Source of the DNA: Nemertoderma westbladi
Lineage: Eukaryota; Animalia; Xenacoelomorpha
DNA: 64,000 nt
Assembly (NCBI GenBank): GCA_032718475.1
Contig: JAUCBJ010005181.1
Coordinates: forward strand, 1 to 64,000
Direction: 5' to 3'
The translations under genes were made by a program, and so were the position numbers. The notes under the pieces are model-generated. The model saw only the letters and a program-made list of their open reading frames with translations. It made no database searches and had not been told where the DNA came from. Shown piece after piece: positions 1 through 11,815 of this stretch. How positions within the stretch are numbered: the first letter of the stretch is position 1; the number at the start of each line of letters is the position of its first letter.

Positions 1-1062
1 GCTTGACATCTTTTGACATATTTTTGCAAGTATGACACCTTTTGACAATTCAACGTTTTGCCAATTATGAAGTTTTCCAAAAGTGTTAAGCCACATCTTG
101 ATCAATATTTCGGAGAAAATGCTACATTCTTCACACTAACTTGAAAAATACTTTAATTTTCATAAATGTTTTCTTATAAAAACACAACAGTATCTGGATA
201 ATACAACAACGATCACACAGGATGTTAAAAACTTTGCATCAATTATCTCAAATTGAACGTTTGTGGCTTAACACCCTTTTGCATAACACCGTCCACATAA
301 GAGTATAGTTATGGGGAGACCGTACACACCGAGTTTGTGCGTAATCCCTGGCCTAACGTCAGGAAGACAACTTGACTTTTAATTTATGTTACGTTTACAA
401 TTACGATAATGTTAAATAGTTGACCAGAAGGTACATAACTCGCAAACCCAAACTCCCGAACATAAAGTTACTAAGTTAATTATAGGAAAATCCTCATCTT
501 GTACATAAACCATGACCCGTAATATAGTGTCGTTTTTCTGATCCGGTACCTCCCCGCATTTTTTCTAGAAACCTTTATCATATTGCTTGAAATTTGAAAC
601 ACAAAAAACGATCACTTATAGCAGTAGAAATCTTGTTTTTCAATGATTCCGATTTGGGTTTTCAAGAATTGCAAGAATTATCGTTCGCTTGAGACCCTTT
701 ATTCTATATAAGTGTAGTACGTAACATATACATTTAAAAAGCATGTTGTTCCAGATATGGGGGGGGGGGGGGGGGGGGGGGGGGGGGTACTGGACGCAAT
801 AAAAATCATCCCTCTCCAGGGGAAATTGGACGCAAATAACAGCTGATTACTTTCAAAGTAAATAGAAATTAAATAGAATAAACTGCATACAGTGATCTAT
901 AATATTGCCATATTTGAACGCCTAATCTCAGTTGTTTCTCAACAAAATTCGAAACTGGAGGGAAACTGGACGCAAATCCCATCTGGGCGAATTAATATCC
1001 CGCATCAATGTTAAATTCGCAATTTAGGGAAAGGAGCAGGTTACAGTGGCACAGTGGTTACA

Positions 1063-1765
1063 GTAGGGATGGGCGCTACTCCAATCTGCTACCCGAGTGT
1101 AGGGGTGGGCGCTACTCCTATCTGCTACCCGAAGGTAGGGGTGGGCGCTACTCCTATCTGCTACCATAAGGTAGGGGTGGGGGTTACTCCTATCTGCTAC
1201 CCGAAGGTAGGGGTGGGCGCTACTCCTATCTGCTACACGAAGGTAGGGGTGGGCGCTACTCCTATCTGCTACCCGAAGGTAGGGGTGGGCGCTACTCCTA
1301 TCTGCTACCCGAAGGGAGGGTTGGGCGCTACTCCTATCTGCTACACAAAGGTAGGGGTGGGCGCTACTCCTATCTGCTACCCGAAGGTAGGGGTGGGCGC
1401 TACTCCTATCTGCTACCCGAAGGTAGGGGTGGGCGCTACTCCTATCTGCTACCCGAAGGTAGGGGTGGGCGCTACTCCTATCTGCTACCCGAAGGTAGGG
1501 GTGGGCGCTACTCCTATCTGCTACCCGAAGGTAGGGGTGGGCGCTACTCCTATCTGCTACCCGAAAGTAGGGGTGGGCGCTACTCCTATCTGCTACCCGA
1601 AGGTAGGGGTGGGCGCTACTCCTATCTGCTACCCGAAAGTAGGGGTGGGCGCTACTCCTATCTGCTACCCGAAGGTAGGGGTGGGCGCTACTCCTATCTG
1701 CTACCCGAAAGTAGGGGTGGGCGCTACTCCTATCTGCTACCCGAAAGTAGGGGTGGGCGCTACTC
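1063..1765. repeat. 36-bp minisatellite (GTAGGGGTGGGCGCTACTCCTATCTGCTACCCGAAG), about 19.5 copies
   Basis: Direct tandem periodicity of 36 bp; ORFs 1024..1791 and 1054..1794 are translations of the repeat. Confidence 0.97.
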
Positions 1766-1893
1766 GTCTCCCTCCCAAGTTTTGCTCCCAATAATTCAAG
1801 TGGTCCTTTAAATATAAAATACAGCCTAACACTAACTTTTGTTAATCATAATGTACGGAGGGTACCTTATGATGTCAATATAATATTATAATT

Positions 1894-2751
1894 TCAAATA
1901 TAGGGTAATAACCAGGTATATAAGAACACTTTAAATTTACCACGGATATTTATAATAAATGAGTCACAACTAGTAAACATTATATCTTTCTGGAGTTTGT
2001 CCCACATTTCTATAAGTTCTTTAGCGGTGTAACCATGAGAAGAAATAACTCTACCGTGGTAGCCACAATAATCGTACGAAACTCCTTTAGCTGCCATGAC
2101 AACATTTTCCATTGCCATGGGTATCACACCATTAGCCTTGGCAACAAGTCCTGTATATGCATCTTCTATAGGGATATAAGGCACGTGGGTGTATGTGGAA
2201 TGGAAGAGTTTCAGAGTCTCCATGGAAATTATATTAAACCCTCCAGCATCATAGGGTTGGTAGAAATTGCACGGGAGAACGTCATACGAGACGTAATATT
2301 TGTTCTTTTTATCCCTTATAACTCGAGTATATAATAGATTCCAGTTTAGGAATCCCGCGTATAGAAGTTTGTCTTTTCTATGCGAGTTTAAATATTCCAA
2401 GAGCTTGTAGGGATTTACAAACACATCTGCGTCCATAGAAATTATAAATGAAACTTCGGGGCAATTATATAAAATCCAGGACCAACTAAGAACCAACTTG
2501 TGCGTTAATGACTGAATATTGTCCGTAAAATTAAACTGAACAATATCATGATAGGCTGCTTGCTCAACTAGAATATTAGAATTATCAACATTGCCGTCCA
2601 CACCGACAACGAATAACAATTTAATTGCCCTTCCACCGATATCTCGAATAGAACCCAGAGTGTGTCGAGCGGTGTGCCTCTTATCAACCTCCGAAGGACC
2701 AGTTCTCACAAGAAACAATACAAAAAAGGCGTTGTCATCAAAATATGTTGA
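1894..2751 (-). CDS. Beta-1,3-galactosyltransferase-like (GT31), exon 2, catalytic domain
   Basis: GT31 motifs LFVVG, DIVQFNFTD, DxD (MDADVFVN), YDAGG, EDAYTG. Phase-0 acceptor ctctcAG at 2753-2752 extends the ORF upstream by STYFDDNAFFV. Confidence 0.88.
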   Translation of the reverse strand, partial: STYFDDNAFFVLFLVRTGPSEVDKRHTARHTLGSIRDIGGRAIKLLFVVGVDGNVDNSNILVEQAAYHDIVQFNFTDNIQSLTHKLVLSWSWILYNCPEVSFIISMDADVFVNPYKLLEYLNSHRKDKLLYAGFLNWNLLYTRVIRDKKNKYYVSYDVLPCNFYQPYDAGGFNIISMETLKLFHSTYTHVPYIPIEDAYTGLVAKANGVIPMAMENVVMAAKGVSYDYCGYHGRVISSHGYTAKELIEMWDKLQKDIMFTSCDSFIINIRGKFKVFLYTWLLPYI

Positions 2752-4168
2752 CTGAGAGACGCGGGGCGAAGTAAGCGAGCTTAGGATACGGCTACCGCTG
2801 TTTTATTCATTGTCCGTCCGTCGGTCGGTCTGCCTGACGGTCGGTCGGTCGGTCTGCCTGTCGGTCGGTCTGCCTGACGGTCGGTCGGTCGGTCTGCCTG
2901 TCGGTCGGTCTGCCTGACGGTCGGTCGGTCTGCCTGACGGTCGGTTGGTCGGTCTGCCTGTCGGTCGGTCTGCCTGTCGGTCGGTCTGCCTGTCGGTCGG
3001 TCTGGCTGACGGTCGGTCGGTCGGTCTGCCTGTCGGTCGGTCTGCATGACGGTCGGTCGGTCGGTCTGCCTGTCGCTCGGTCTTCCTGTCGCTCGGTCTG
3101 CCTGACGGTCGGTCGGTCGGTCGGTCGGTCGGTCGGTCGGTCGGTCGGTCGGTCGGTCGGTCGGTCGGTCGGTCGGTCGGTCGGTCGGTCGGTCGGTCGG
3201 TCGGTCGGTCGGTCGGTCGGTCGGTCGGTCGGTCGGTCGGTCGGTCGGTCGGTCGGTCGGTCGGTCGGTCGGTCGGTCGGTCGGTCGGTCGGTCGGTCGG
3301 TCGGTCGGTCGGTCGGTCGGTCGGTCGGTCGGTCGGTCGGTCGGTCGGTCGGTCGGTCTGCCTGTCGGTCGGTCTGCCTGTCGGTCGGTCTGCCTGACGG
3401 TCGGTCGCTCGGTCTGCCTGTCGCTCGGTCTTCCTGTCGGTCTGACTGTCGGTCGGTCTGCCAGTCGGTCGGTCTGCCTGTCGCTCGGTCTTCCTGTCAC
3501 TCGGTCTGACTGTCGTTCGGTTTGCCTGACGGTCGGTCGGTCGGTCAGCCTGTAGCTCGGTCTTCCTGTCGCTCGGTCTGACTGTCGGTCGGTCTGCCTG
3601 ACGGTCGGTCGGTCGGTCTGCCTGTCGGTCGGTCTGCCTGTCGGTCGGTCTGCCTGTCGGTCGGTCTGCCTGACGGTCGGTCGGTCGGTCTGCCTGTCGC
3701 TCGGTCTTCCTGTCGCTCGGTCTGCCTGTCGGACGGTCCGCATGACAATCGGTCGGTCGGTCGGTCTGCCTGTCGGTCGGTCTGCCTGTCGGTCGGTCTG
3801 CCTGTCGGTCGGTCTGCCTGTCGGTCGGTCTGCCTGTCGGTCGGTCTGCCTGTCGGTCGGTCTGCCTGTCGGTCGGTCTGCCTGGCGGTCGGTCGGTCGG
3901 TCGGTCTGCCTGTCGGTCTGACTGTCGGTCGGTCTGCCTGTCGGACGGTCTGCCTGTCGGTTGGTCTGCCTGTCGGTCGGTCTGCCTTTCGTATAATGTT
4001 TGAAGGCTAATAACTCAGTCAATCTTTGATGGAATTAAACCAAACTTGGTACACATGTTGCATGTTAAAAGTGTGAAAGATAATTTGCGCTGGTGGGGCT
4101 CAGCAGTTCTCCAGTCTTCCGCTAGAGGCCGACTAGTTGATACAGTGGTAAGATAACCTCGCTTACTT
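2752..4168. mobile_element. Non-autonomous MITE/HINE-like insertion with an expanded (TCGG)n microsatellite, coinciding with the B3GALT intron
   Basis: 11-bp inverted repeat AAGTAAGCGAG 2769-2779 / CTCGCTTACTT 4158-4168; GTCG/GTCY microsatellite 2812-3985; CTAGTT near 4133-4138. Confidence 0.6.
2812..3985. repeat. Compound tetranucleotide microsatellite (TCGG)n/(TCTG,CCTG)n with a pure TCGG core at about 3105-3357
   Basis: Direct inspection. Confidence 0.97.
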
Positions 4169-4460
4169 GTTCCTGTGAACGAACGAGTTGATGATGCTGC
4201 TTACAAAAGTTTTTGTTCGAAATTAACAGATTATATTGAATATCATAAATATTATGTGTTTCATTGAAATAATCTTTGGGCGAATTTCTCAAACATAAAC
4301 GCATTCCGTTGGAAAACCATAAGTAGTAAAGAAGAAAAAACATAGCAGATATCGTGACCCATATGTAAGGTTTGCGTGAAAGCCAAACACATATTCTTTG
4401 TAACTTCATTGTTACCAACCTCTGTCGAAAAGTAGAATAATCTTTCAGTTTGCTTAGCAT
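4167..4460 (-). CDS. Beta-1,3-galactosyltransferase-like (GT31), exon 1: cytoplasmic tail, TM anchor and stem
   Basis: Hydrophobic anchor YIWVTISAMFFLLYYLWF and stem LLISNKNFC. 98 codons, then donor CAA|GTAAGC in phase 0, joining exon 2 to give 383 aa. Confidence 0.75.
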
Positions 4461-4942
4461 TATAAAACTCCTATATACTGTAAGTAATGATGATAGTGAA
4501 TATCTTATTTGTTCAATGTTTATAATACCAGGATTACGACCTATACCAAAGGGTAAAATAATATCGTTCGCAAACTATTTAATTTTAAAATTTTTGTTTA
4601 ATTTAAAATTGCTGAAAAGTGTAAGCTAAATTTTGGGTGCACTGTAATATTCAATAAAATCATTTTCTACGCCCCTTAGCGAACTGAGTCAAAATTTATA
4701 TTTTTGACTTAAAATACAGTACTGCTCCTTTGTTATCCCAATATTTTCAGAAGTTGTAAGTGTAACCTGTTTTTTTGGATTAAGCATGGTCGATTACGTA
4801 AAAAAAATTCAAGCAGAACTTTTGTTTCGTACTTTTCAACAAAAATACCGATATTTTTCCAAATAATTTTCAAATTTTCAAGATGGCACTGATTATTTTC
4901 GTAAAAAATGTTATAACGGATGAGCAATTGTAAAACTAATGT

Positions 4943-5826
4943 AGGCATTAAGAATTATTCTTAAAGCAATATTGGCTTAGCAAGCCCAACTAACCTATTT
5001 AATTAAGATATGGGTTGCCCAGTTCGGGATCTCTTAATTAAATAGTTTATGTAACAGTTGAGCTTTGGAAGCCAATATTCTTTTAAGAATATTCTTAATC
5101 CCTCTTACTAAATGAAAATAATATAATAAAATAATCTCGTGAAAATAATGTTACATTTAAAAAAACTACGTATTGCATATTAAATAAAGTGAAACATATT
5201 TTCACTATGCTCTCGATTCATTAATATCTCGAGTAAGCCTATAATGAAAGTAATGTTAAATGTTATACATTATTTAATTAAGATATGGGTTGCCCAGTTC
5301 GGGATCTCTTAATTAAATAGTTTATGTAACAGTTGAGCTTTGGAAGCCAATATTCTTTTAAGAATATTCTTAATCCCTCTTACTAAATGAAAATAATATA
5401 ATAAAATAATCTCGTGAAAATAATGTTACATTTAAAAAAACTACGTATTGCATATTAAATAAAGTGAAACATATTTTCACTATGCTCTCGATTCATTAAT
5501 ATCTCGAGTAAGCCTATAATGAAAGTAATGTTAAATGTTATACATTATTTAATTAAGATATGGGTTGCCCAGTTCGGGATCTCTTAATTAAATAGTTTAT
5601 GTAACAGTTGAGCTTTGGAAGCCAATATTCTTTTAAGAATATTCTTAATCCCTCTTACTAAATGAAAATAATATAATAAAATAATCTCGTGAAAATAATG
5701 TTACATTTAAAAAAACTACGTATTGCATATTAAATAAAGTGAAACATATTTTCACTATGCTCTCGATTCATTAATATCTCGAGTAAGCCTATAATGAAAG
5801 TAATGTTAAATGTTATACATTATTTA
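4943..5826. repeat. Palindromic MITE-like element (4943-5103) plus three near-identical 275-bp tandem units
   Basis: Units start at 4996, 5271 and 5546; left arm AGGCATTAAGAATTATTCTTAAAG pairs with right arm CTTTTAAGAATATTCTTAATCCCT. Confidence 0.85.
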
Positions 5827-7186
5827 CCGTTACATTTACTATACATAGATTTCACAAGAACTGGCTATTTTAAAAGAAAACAAACCAATACCACACTACA
5901 CTGCTCAATGCTCATGTACAATAATTAGTAATCTATTTATAAATATATACTGTAAACTGTGAACTTTGACCTGTTTAGTGATTGTGAATTACAGTATATT
6001 TATTGTACGGAAGTCCAAAGCGGGCAGTAAACACATTACTTTGGGGGTGTGTGTGTGTGGTTGACGGGATTGCACGTCATCCTCTCGCATACATTGGGGG
6101 AGATGCCGTCACCTCCACACACCTACACACACATACGTGTCTAGGGGTCCAATTGAGGACTTGCTACTTCCTACAGTGGAATTGGGGACTTTTTTCATTT
6201 TGTTGCTGTGAATTCAACCAAGGTATCAAAATGTACGTCAAGATATCCTCTACATGTTTCAAATGAAGACAAATTATGAAAATCACTAAGTTTCATTACA
6301 TTTGAGATCACATGTTACATAGGGAATGAGGACGTACATAGCTAGTTACCCCCTAGACAGGAAATGAGGACACACATCCTGTGTTTATAAATGAGGGATA
6401 TACAGTTTAATTTTTGCCGCAAGGTGGCGTCCTGTAGTGATACATTTACAGTAGGGAAGGATACGGATAAAATGGAAGAAGAAGGGCAAAATGAGGTGTG
6501 GCGGGATCAACTTATCTGGATGCACAATAACTATCCTTAATTTTTATATGGTAAGGTGTTTATGTGGTAGGCTACACCCCACCCTGCCATTATGATTACT
6601 CAGGTGACTTTAGGCACGAAACTACCTCCTTAATATTTATGAATGGAAAGAAGGGATTTCGGTAAAGGAAAAAGGGCTTTAAATTTCAAGGTATAATTAT
6701 ATAATATATTTAATTCCGCAACACTGTATTCACGCTGGCTGGAGTGATAATGAACATGAATAAATTAAAGCTTGTGATTATAATACTAAAGAGAAAACAA
6801 TATACATACAACACCAAAGTGACATTTCAAAATATAAAGCCTCTTACCATACCACTACTAACAGTGCCACTATTAATGTAGGAGGCCTACAGTTTTATTT
6901 ATTGTGATCTGAGAAAATGAGTCCAGGTGTATTGTATTGTAGCTATGTAAAACACATAGCACTTCTAAAGTTAAATAATATTCGTTTCCAAATAAAATAT
7001 CATGAATTAATACTGGAAAGATATATCTCATCCCAGCTATTCTAGATTTACTAAAAAAAAAACTAAGGCCCTCAATTCCGCTATGTTTTAACGGACCTCA
7101 GACACACATCTCCAGTAATATATCATCACATCCCATCCCGGCTATTCTAGATTTACTTATAAACCTAAGGTCCTCAATTCCGCTAT

Positions 7187-8449
7187 TGTTCGCGCTTTCA
7201 GACCTTTAGCAGTTTAACCTGCCAATTTTAGGTGTCCTCTTGTTTATAAATCGACTTTAGCCTATAACAATTATTTAGTGCACATGAAGTAACATTAGCC
7301 GAAGCCAGTCTATGCGCGATCATTCACCCACAGTTAAGGGAGACTGGATTCGGGTGCTTTGAAATTTATTGCGTTGCAGACCTACTGTATTATTCGATTG
7401 ATCGTTACTATATAATCTCTGACAATATTATTCACTTTCGGGGAAATATTAACAGTTCCTTTAGGACGTGGCGCTTTAAGTATATAAACAGAGTTATGAC
7501 TTATACTAAACACAACTAGATGGCTACTGATTTTCGTAAATAGCGCATTCTTTAGGAGATGCTTTATTATCTGTCACACTACTGCACACGACTTCACAAT
7601 ACTTCACACTGATCTGCCGACCGTCACTGAATTTGATCATATATAAGGAGGATAGCAACAGACACATGTAGGGATTATGAAATAGCATTTAATTCACACT
7701 AAAACCACTATAATCTAAGTCGCAATTGCTACAGGTAACCGGTCCCTCTTACCTTCAGTAATCAAGAAGATTGGGGGTTTTATGATTATTTATCGGTATT
7801 CTCCAAATATTACAACATATCCATCAACATATAACAATTAATAACAGACGGTAAACAGAAGTAAAATAGTGCGGTGAATAGGATTGAGTGAGTGCAGTTT
7901 GACCAGTTTGGTTGATATGTGGATTGCAGTGCTCCAGGTGACCAGGTATGAGTTGCACAGTAATGTTCCCAGCCAGATAATAGATTTACGTTCTTATAAT
8001 CAAAGCCGTCTAATGTTGGCCAAAGTCTGAAACTTCTACAGAAGCACAGAAGAATTTCTAAGCCGATGTTCCGAGGCTCAGAAAAGGTAAACAAAAACCG
8101 TAATGCATTGCGCGGTTTTCCGTAGGCCTCTGTGCAAGATAAAATGAAAATCGCTCTGATTGGCTGAGCGAGCTGAACAAAGAGATGTTCCACGTTTACA
8201 GTAAATCAGCTGACAGATTTCGTCATCTGAGTTCCAGTCTTTTAGAGTATTAAGCGCATTGCGGCAGAAAATGGCTTATTATGTCCGCTAAAGCACCTAC
8301 ACGGTACATTGCGGAGAAAATGGCTTGTTATGTCCACTAAAACACCTACACGGTACATTGCGGAGAAAATGGCTTGTTATGTCCGCTAAAACACCTACAC
8401 GGTATATTGCGGAGAAAAATGAGTTGTTATATCCGCAAAAGCTTTTACA
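7187..8449 (-). mobile_element. Solo LTR (probably BEL/Pao), TG...CA, 5-bp TSD GCTAT
   Basis: GCTAT at 7182-7186 and 8450-8454; termini TGTT...TACA; highly similar to 59614-60751; interrupts a local ~100-bp repeat that resumes after it. Confidence 0.85.
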
Positions 8450-8959
8450 GCTATGTTTTAACGGACCTCTAGACACACATCTCCAGTACCAATAATATGT
8501 CATCACATCCCATCCCATCCCAACTATACTAGATTTACTAATAAACATAAAAATAACTTGAGTGTGTGGAAAGATTTTGCTCAAATTGCGTGGTAATCTT
8601 TTTAATTCGATGCCCCTTTGAGACATAATTTGCAAAATTGAACCAACACTTTTCACATTTTTTTTATTTTCCTTAAATATCAATTAATTTTACGCCGAAA
8701 AAACAATAAAATCTATGCAGTACTAGGATTTTTTTACGTAGCGAAACTAGGTGTTTCTTCTTCTCTAGATTTTGGGGTAAGCTCGGCTACTGAAGATTAA
8801 TGCATATTTGATATTTTAGTCAGCAGCTCGTTTAAAAATAATATATTTTTCAAAAGAACTGGCGCCAAATTATGATACTGAATGAAGCGAAAATGTCAAT
8901 TATTCCAACAACATAATTTCAGCCCCCCAGCCCCCCCCCCCCCCTCCCCCCCACATCTT

Positions 8960-9614
8960 ACTGCTCCACCTTCATACCTGATTCTCCATCCAAATCAAAA
9001 CGTGATGATTCGGATCGATTCTCGCTGGATACCCTAATTTCTCGCCGAGTCCCAGTTTCCTGACGCACTTCGGACGACCCGCTAACCTTCTTCAACTCGC
9101 CGCAAGAGGGACACGTGACCAACTCGAACCCGATGGAAAGAGGGACGTCTATAGACAGACCGTCTCTGGCGGCCAACTTTAGAGGAAGACCGTGGGTGTT
9201 CCCATTGGCTGCCGCCTTGGAATACAGTCGTACGGGTGAGTCTGACGTTGGAGTGACAAGGCTACCGGTATGAACGCTGCACTTCGATGTTGAATGACAG
9301 TCTGAGATCTCACTGCGATCCAATGTAATTGAATGCGTTGGCGATGGTTTAAGATTTACCGTGTAAGTAATCTCGATGTCAGTGACTTTAAGGTTTTTCG
9401 TGTTGGTTCGGGTGTAGTAAAGTCTGTTATAGACGGTAGAACGAGGTCTTCGCATAGGAGTGTAAGAGAAAGTTTCATTTTTAACGAATAAATGAACAGA
9501 CTCTTTTATAAAACTGACAGATATCGGCATATAATGTCCGTCATTTCGTACAACTTCTGGTTTAGTTTGCACGAACACGTAACAGTTTAAATGCTGCGTA
9601 CACCGCTTCAACAT
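8960..9614 (-). CDS. Possible coding exon of unknown product (218-codon non-repetitive ORF)
   Basis: Long, GC-richer open frame ending at a donor-like CA|GTAAGA. No recognisable domain; acceptor unclear. Confidence 0.3.
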
Positions 9615-9723
9615 TCTTTACAGATATTGAAAACTTTTAAATCTACAGTATAAGTGAAGTCGCACTATAAAGTTTAATGAGTAAACATTCTGTAATTTTA
9701 TTAATGAAAAAGAATAGAATACC

Positions 9724-10005
9724 GCCCATGTGAAGAATAGGGCTACCAGGATTTCACTTTTCGGTCGACTTTTTATTGGAATTTTATATATGAAGATTTT
9801 TTATTTTTTTAATTTATCTTTATTAAGTGTTTTATAGCGCTAATTTCTTTCTTATAACCTGTACATAGGCCTACTGTATACTAATTTGTTTATTGTTTTG
9901 TTTATATTCATCCCTTCTGTAACCTGTGGTTTTTGGTTAAAACCTGGTATTCTTCACATGGGGGTAACTGCAAACGGCAGAAAGTCTGGTATTCTTCACA
10001 TGGGC
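9724..10005. mobile_element. MITE with TIR GCCCATGTGAAGAATA; related copy at about 19437-19700
   Basis: Inverted repeats 9724-9739 / 9990-10005; carries the shared GTTTATTGTTTTG...TGTAACCTG core. Confidence 0.7.
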
Positions 10006-10604
10006 CCTGGGAATAGTAATATTAAGTAACAAATACAGTAATATAATAATAGTTTAATAATATTTGCAATTTAATTTTCTCTGATTGCGCTCTGCTAATG
10101 TATTACTATTTGGATCCACCCCATGCTTTATGTTACTGCGGCTTTGTATTTAGTCAACCTGGTGTTCGATAAAGTCTATCTACTGTATGATGAATCGTTG
10201 TGTATTCACGTACAACATCTGCCGGCTACGTTCATTTATAATGCGAGCAACCAGCATACAAACTTAGGGGATATAAACACACAACCTAAACAGTTCTTGT
10301 TAGGAAGTCCTATAGTATTTAAGGTATTGACTCTGGAAACCAAAGGTTGTAATAGTAAACAGTAAGCATAATGTTCAAACTGGATGATCCCAAAATAACT
10401 GTCGGCCAAAGGAAACGAAATCCAGGCTCGATCCCAATTGCACATCAGAATAAGTACAGTAGGACATAATAGTTGGAATACCAGAAGTAATTGTTGCTGG
10501 CATTGGATTGTTATATTTATAGTTTATGATTGGTGTTATGGGTGAATGAGTGGTTTCATATTATTATAATATTTTGTTGGGCACAGCTTTTGCAAAGTCG
10601 GCAA

Positions 10605-10680
10605 CGACATCCAGGTGGGATCGAACTGGTGACCTCCGAGTTGGAAGTCTGACGCTCTAACCATTCAGCTATAGCGGCTC
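10605..10680 (-). mobile_element. tRNA-derived SINE head or tRNA pseudogene
   Basis: Minus strand has box A TAGCTGAATGG and box B GTTCGATCC; acceptor stem does not close. Confidence 0.6.
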
Positions 10681-10999
10681 AGGTAAAAGATAAACCTGGA
10701 AATACTATCTGATACCTTGTATGTCCGCAATTTACCTCCTCATGGCCTCCCATCTGTCAATACCATCATCTGCTGCTACTGTGCTCAACCCTACAGTACT
10801 CGGCCGTCTTTAACCACTCGCTACAATGAAAGGGTAGTGTATATTAACTATGAACCATCACGGCCACAATGATTAATTTAACACTCTAGCTACTAATTTA
10901 GGTAGGACAGTTACACCCATAGAGAAATGCGACCGGTATATTTCTAATTTATTATTGGTAATTTTGGTGAATGAGTGGTTTTATTGTGACACATTGGCA

Positions 11000-11815
11000 T
11001 TTTGTGAAAGTAGTTGATATCCGGCAACTACAGTCACAGACACTGACTTTGCGGATGACATCGCCCTGCTCTCTAATACGCTAGCAGATGCACAGCTTCT
11101 ACTAAATAAAGTGGAGAAGGCTGATATAACTGAGATAACTCTAAGCTGAGATAACTACTGTATGTACATAAATAACTATGTGGAAGCAAAATCAACTTAC
11201 CGAAACCATCAGTGAATTCTTCCAGGGTTAGGTATCCATTTCCGTCATCGTCTAATCGGTCGAAAACTTCACCCAGGGCGGACTGATCCAGCGGAATCTG
11301 GGTGCTCAACCTATTTCATAATAATAATATTATTTAGTAAGTCGAATCTCGAATGGTAATATACTGTGTACAGCCTTATGCTTATGCTGTTATGTTACAC
11401 ACAGGCCTACTGTACATGTAGTTAGTAACGCGTCCATCATGTCCTGCCCTCATCTGCATTATTAAGTAAACCAAATGTAAGGTATTGTATATCAGAATCA
11501 CCAGTGTTATAATAAGTTCCCCCAAGCTTGACACTAGAACAAAATCGCCTCCGCTTTGCAGGACATTGCTTTCGCCGTGAGGACCAGCCAGTGCATAATC
11601 TTGTACTTTGGCGGCCTCATGGAGTAAATAAGCATGGTTGGCAGCCCATGACTTTCTTGAGACGCATCTTAAAGGACACTGGCCTTGAATATGCGGATTA
11701 TCTAGCAAATGTCATGGGTGATAGGGAGTTGTGGCGGCGCAATTTTGTCGACAAGCCGGCACAGCATTCTTAAAAATGCAGCTGCAATGCAGCATGCCGA
11801 TCCTAGTAGTAGTAA
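11000..11815 (+). mobile_element. Two fragments of a non-LTR (RTE-like) LINE: RT core about 11030-11125 and C-terminus 11528-11773 with (TAG)n tail
   Basis: Translation TDTDFADDIALLSNTLADAQLLL (FADD motif); RLRFAGHCFRRE...DRELWR is typical of an RTE-clade C-terminus; tagtagtagtaa near 11804. Confidence 0.75.
11201..11310 (-). CDS. EF-hand protein (CRACR2/EFCAB4/RASEF-like), coding exon 2
   Basis: Canonical EF loop DDDGNGYLTLEE; acceptor aaatAG and donor G|GTAAGT; resembles the CRACR2A N-terminal EF pair. Confidence 0.85.

Noticed and set aside
1024-4022. ORFs 1024..1791, 1054..1794, 2781..4022 and 3545..3748
   Set aside because: Mini- and microsatellite translations
2747-4191. GTTGA as the target-site duplication of the B3GALT insertion
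   Set aside because: Removing the element at either right-hand GTTGA (4136 or 4187) gives a frameshifted empty site, so this TSD is not supported
7810-8193. Duplicated ORF (also 60295..60546)
   Set aside because: Lies within the LTR, differs in length and frame between copies, and has no domain
10605-10680. Functional tRNA gene (also at 40185-40255)
   Set aside because: A and B boxes are present but the acceptor and T stems do not pair; SINE heads are more likely
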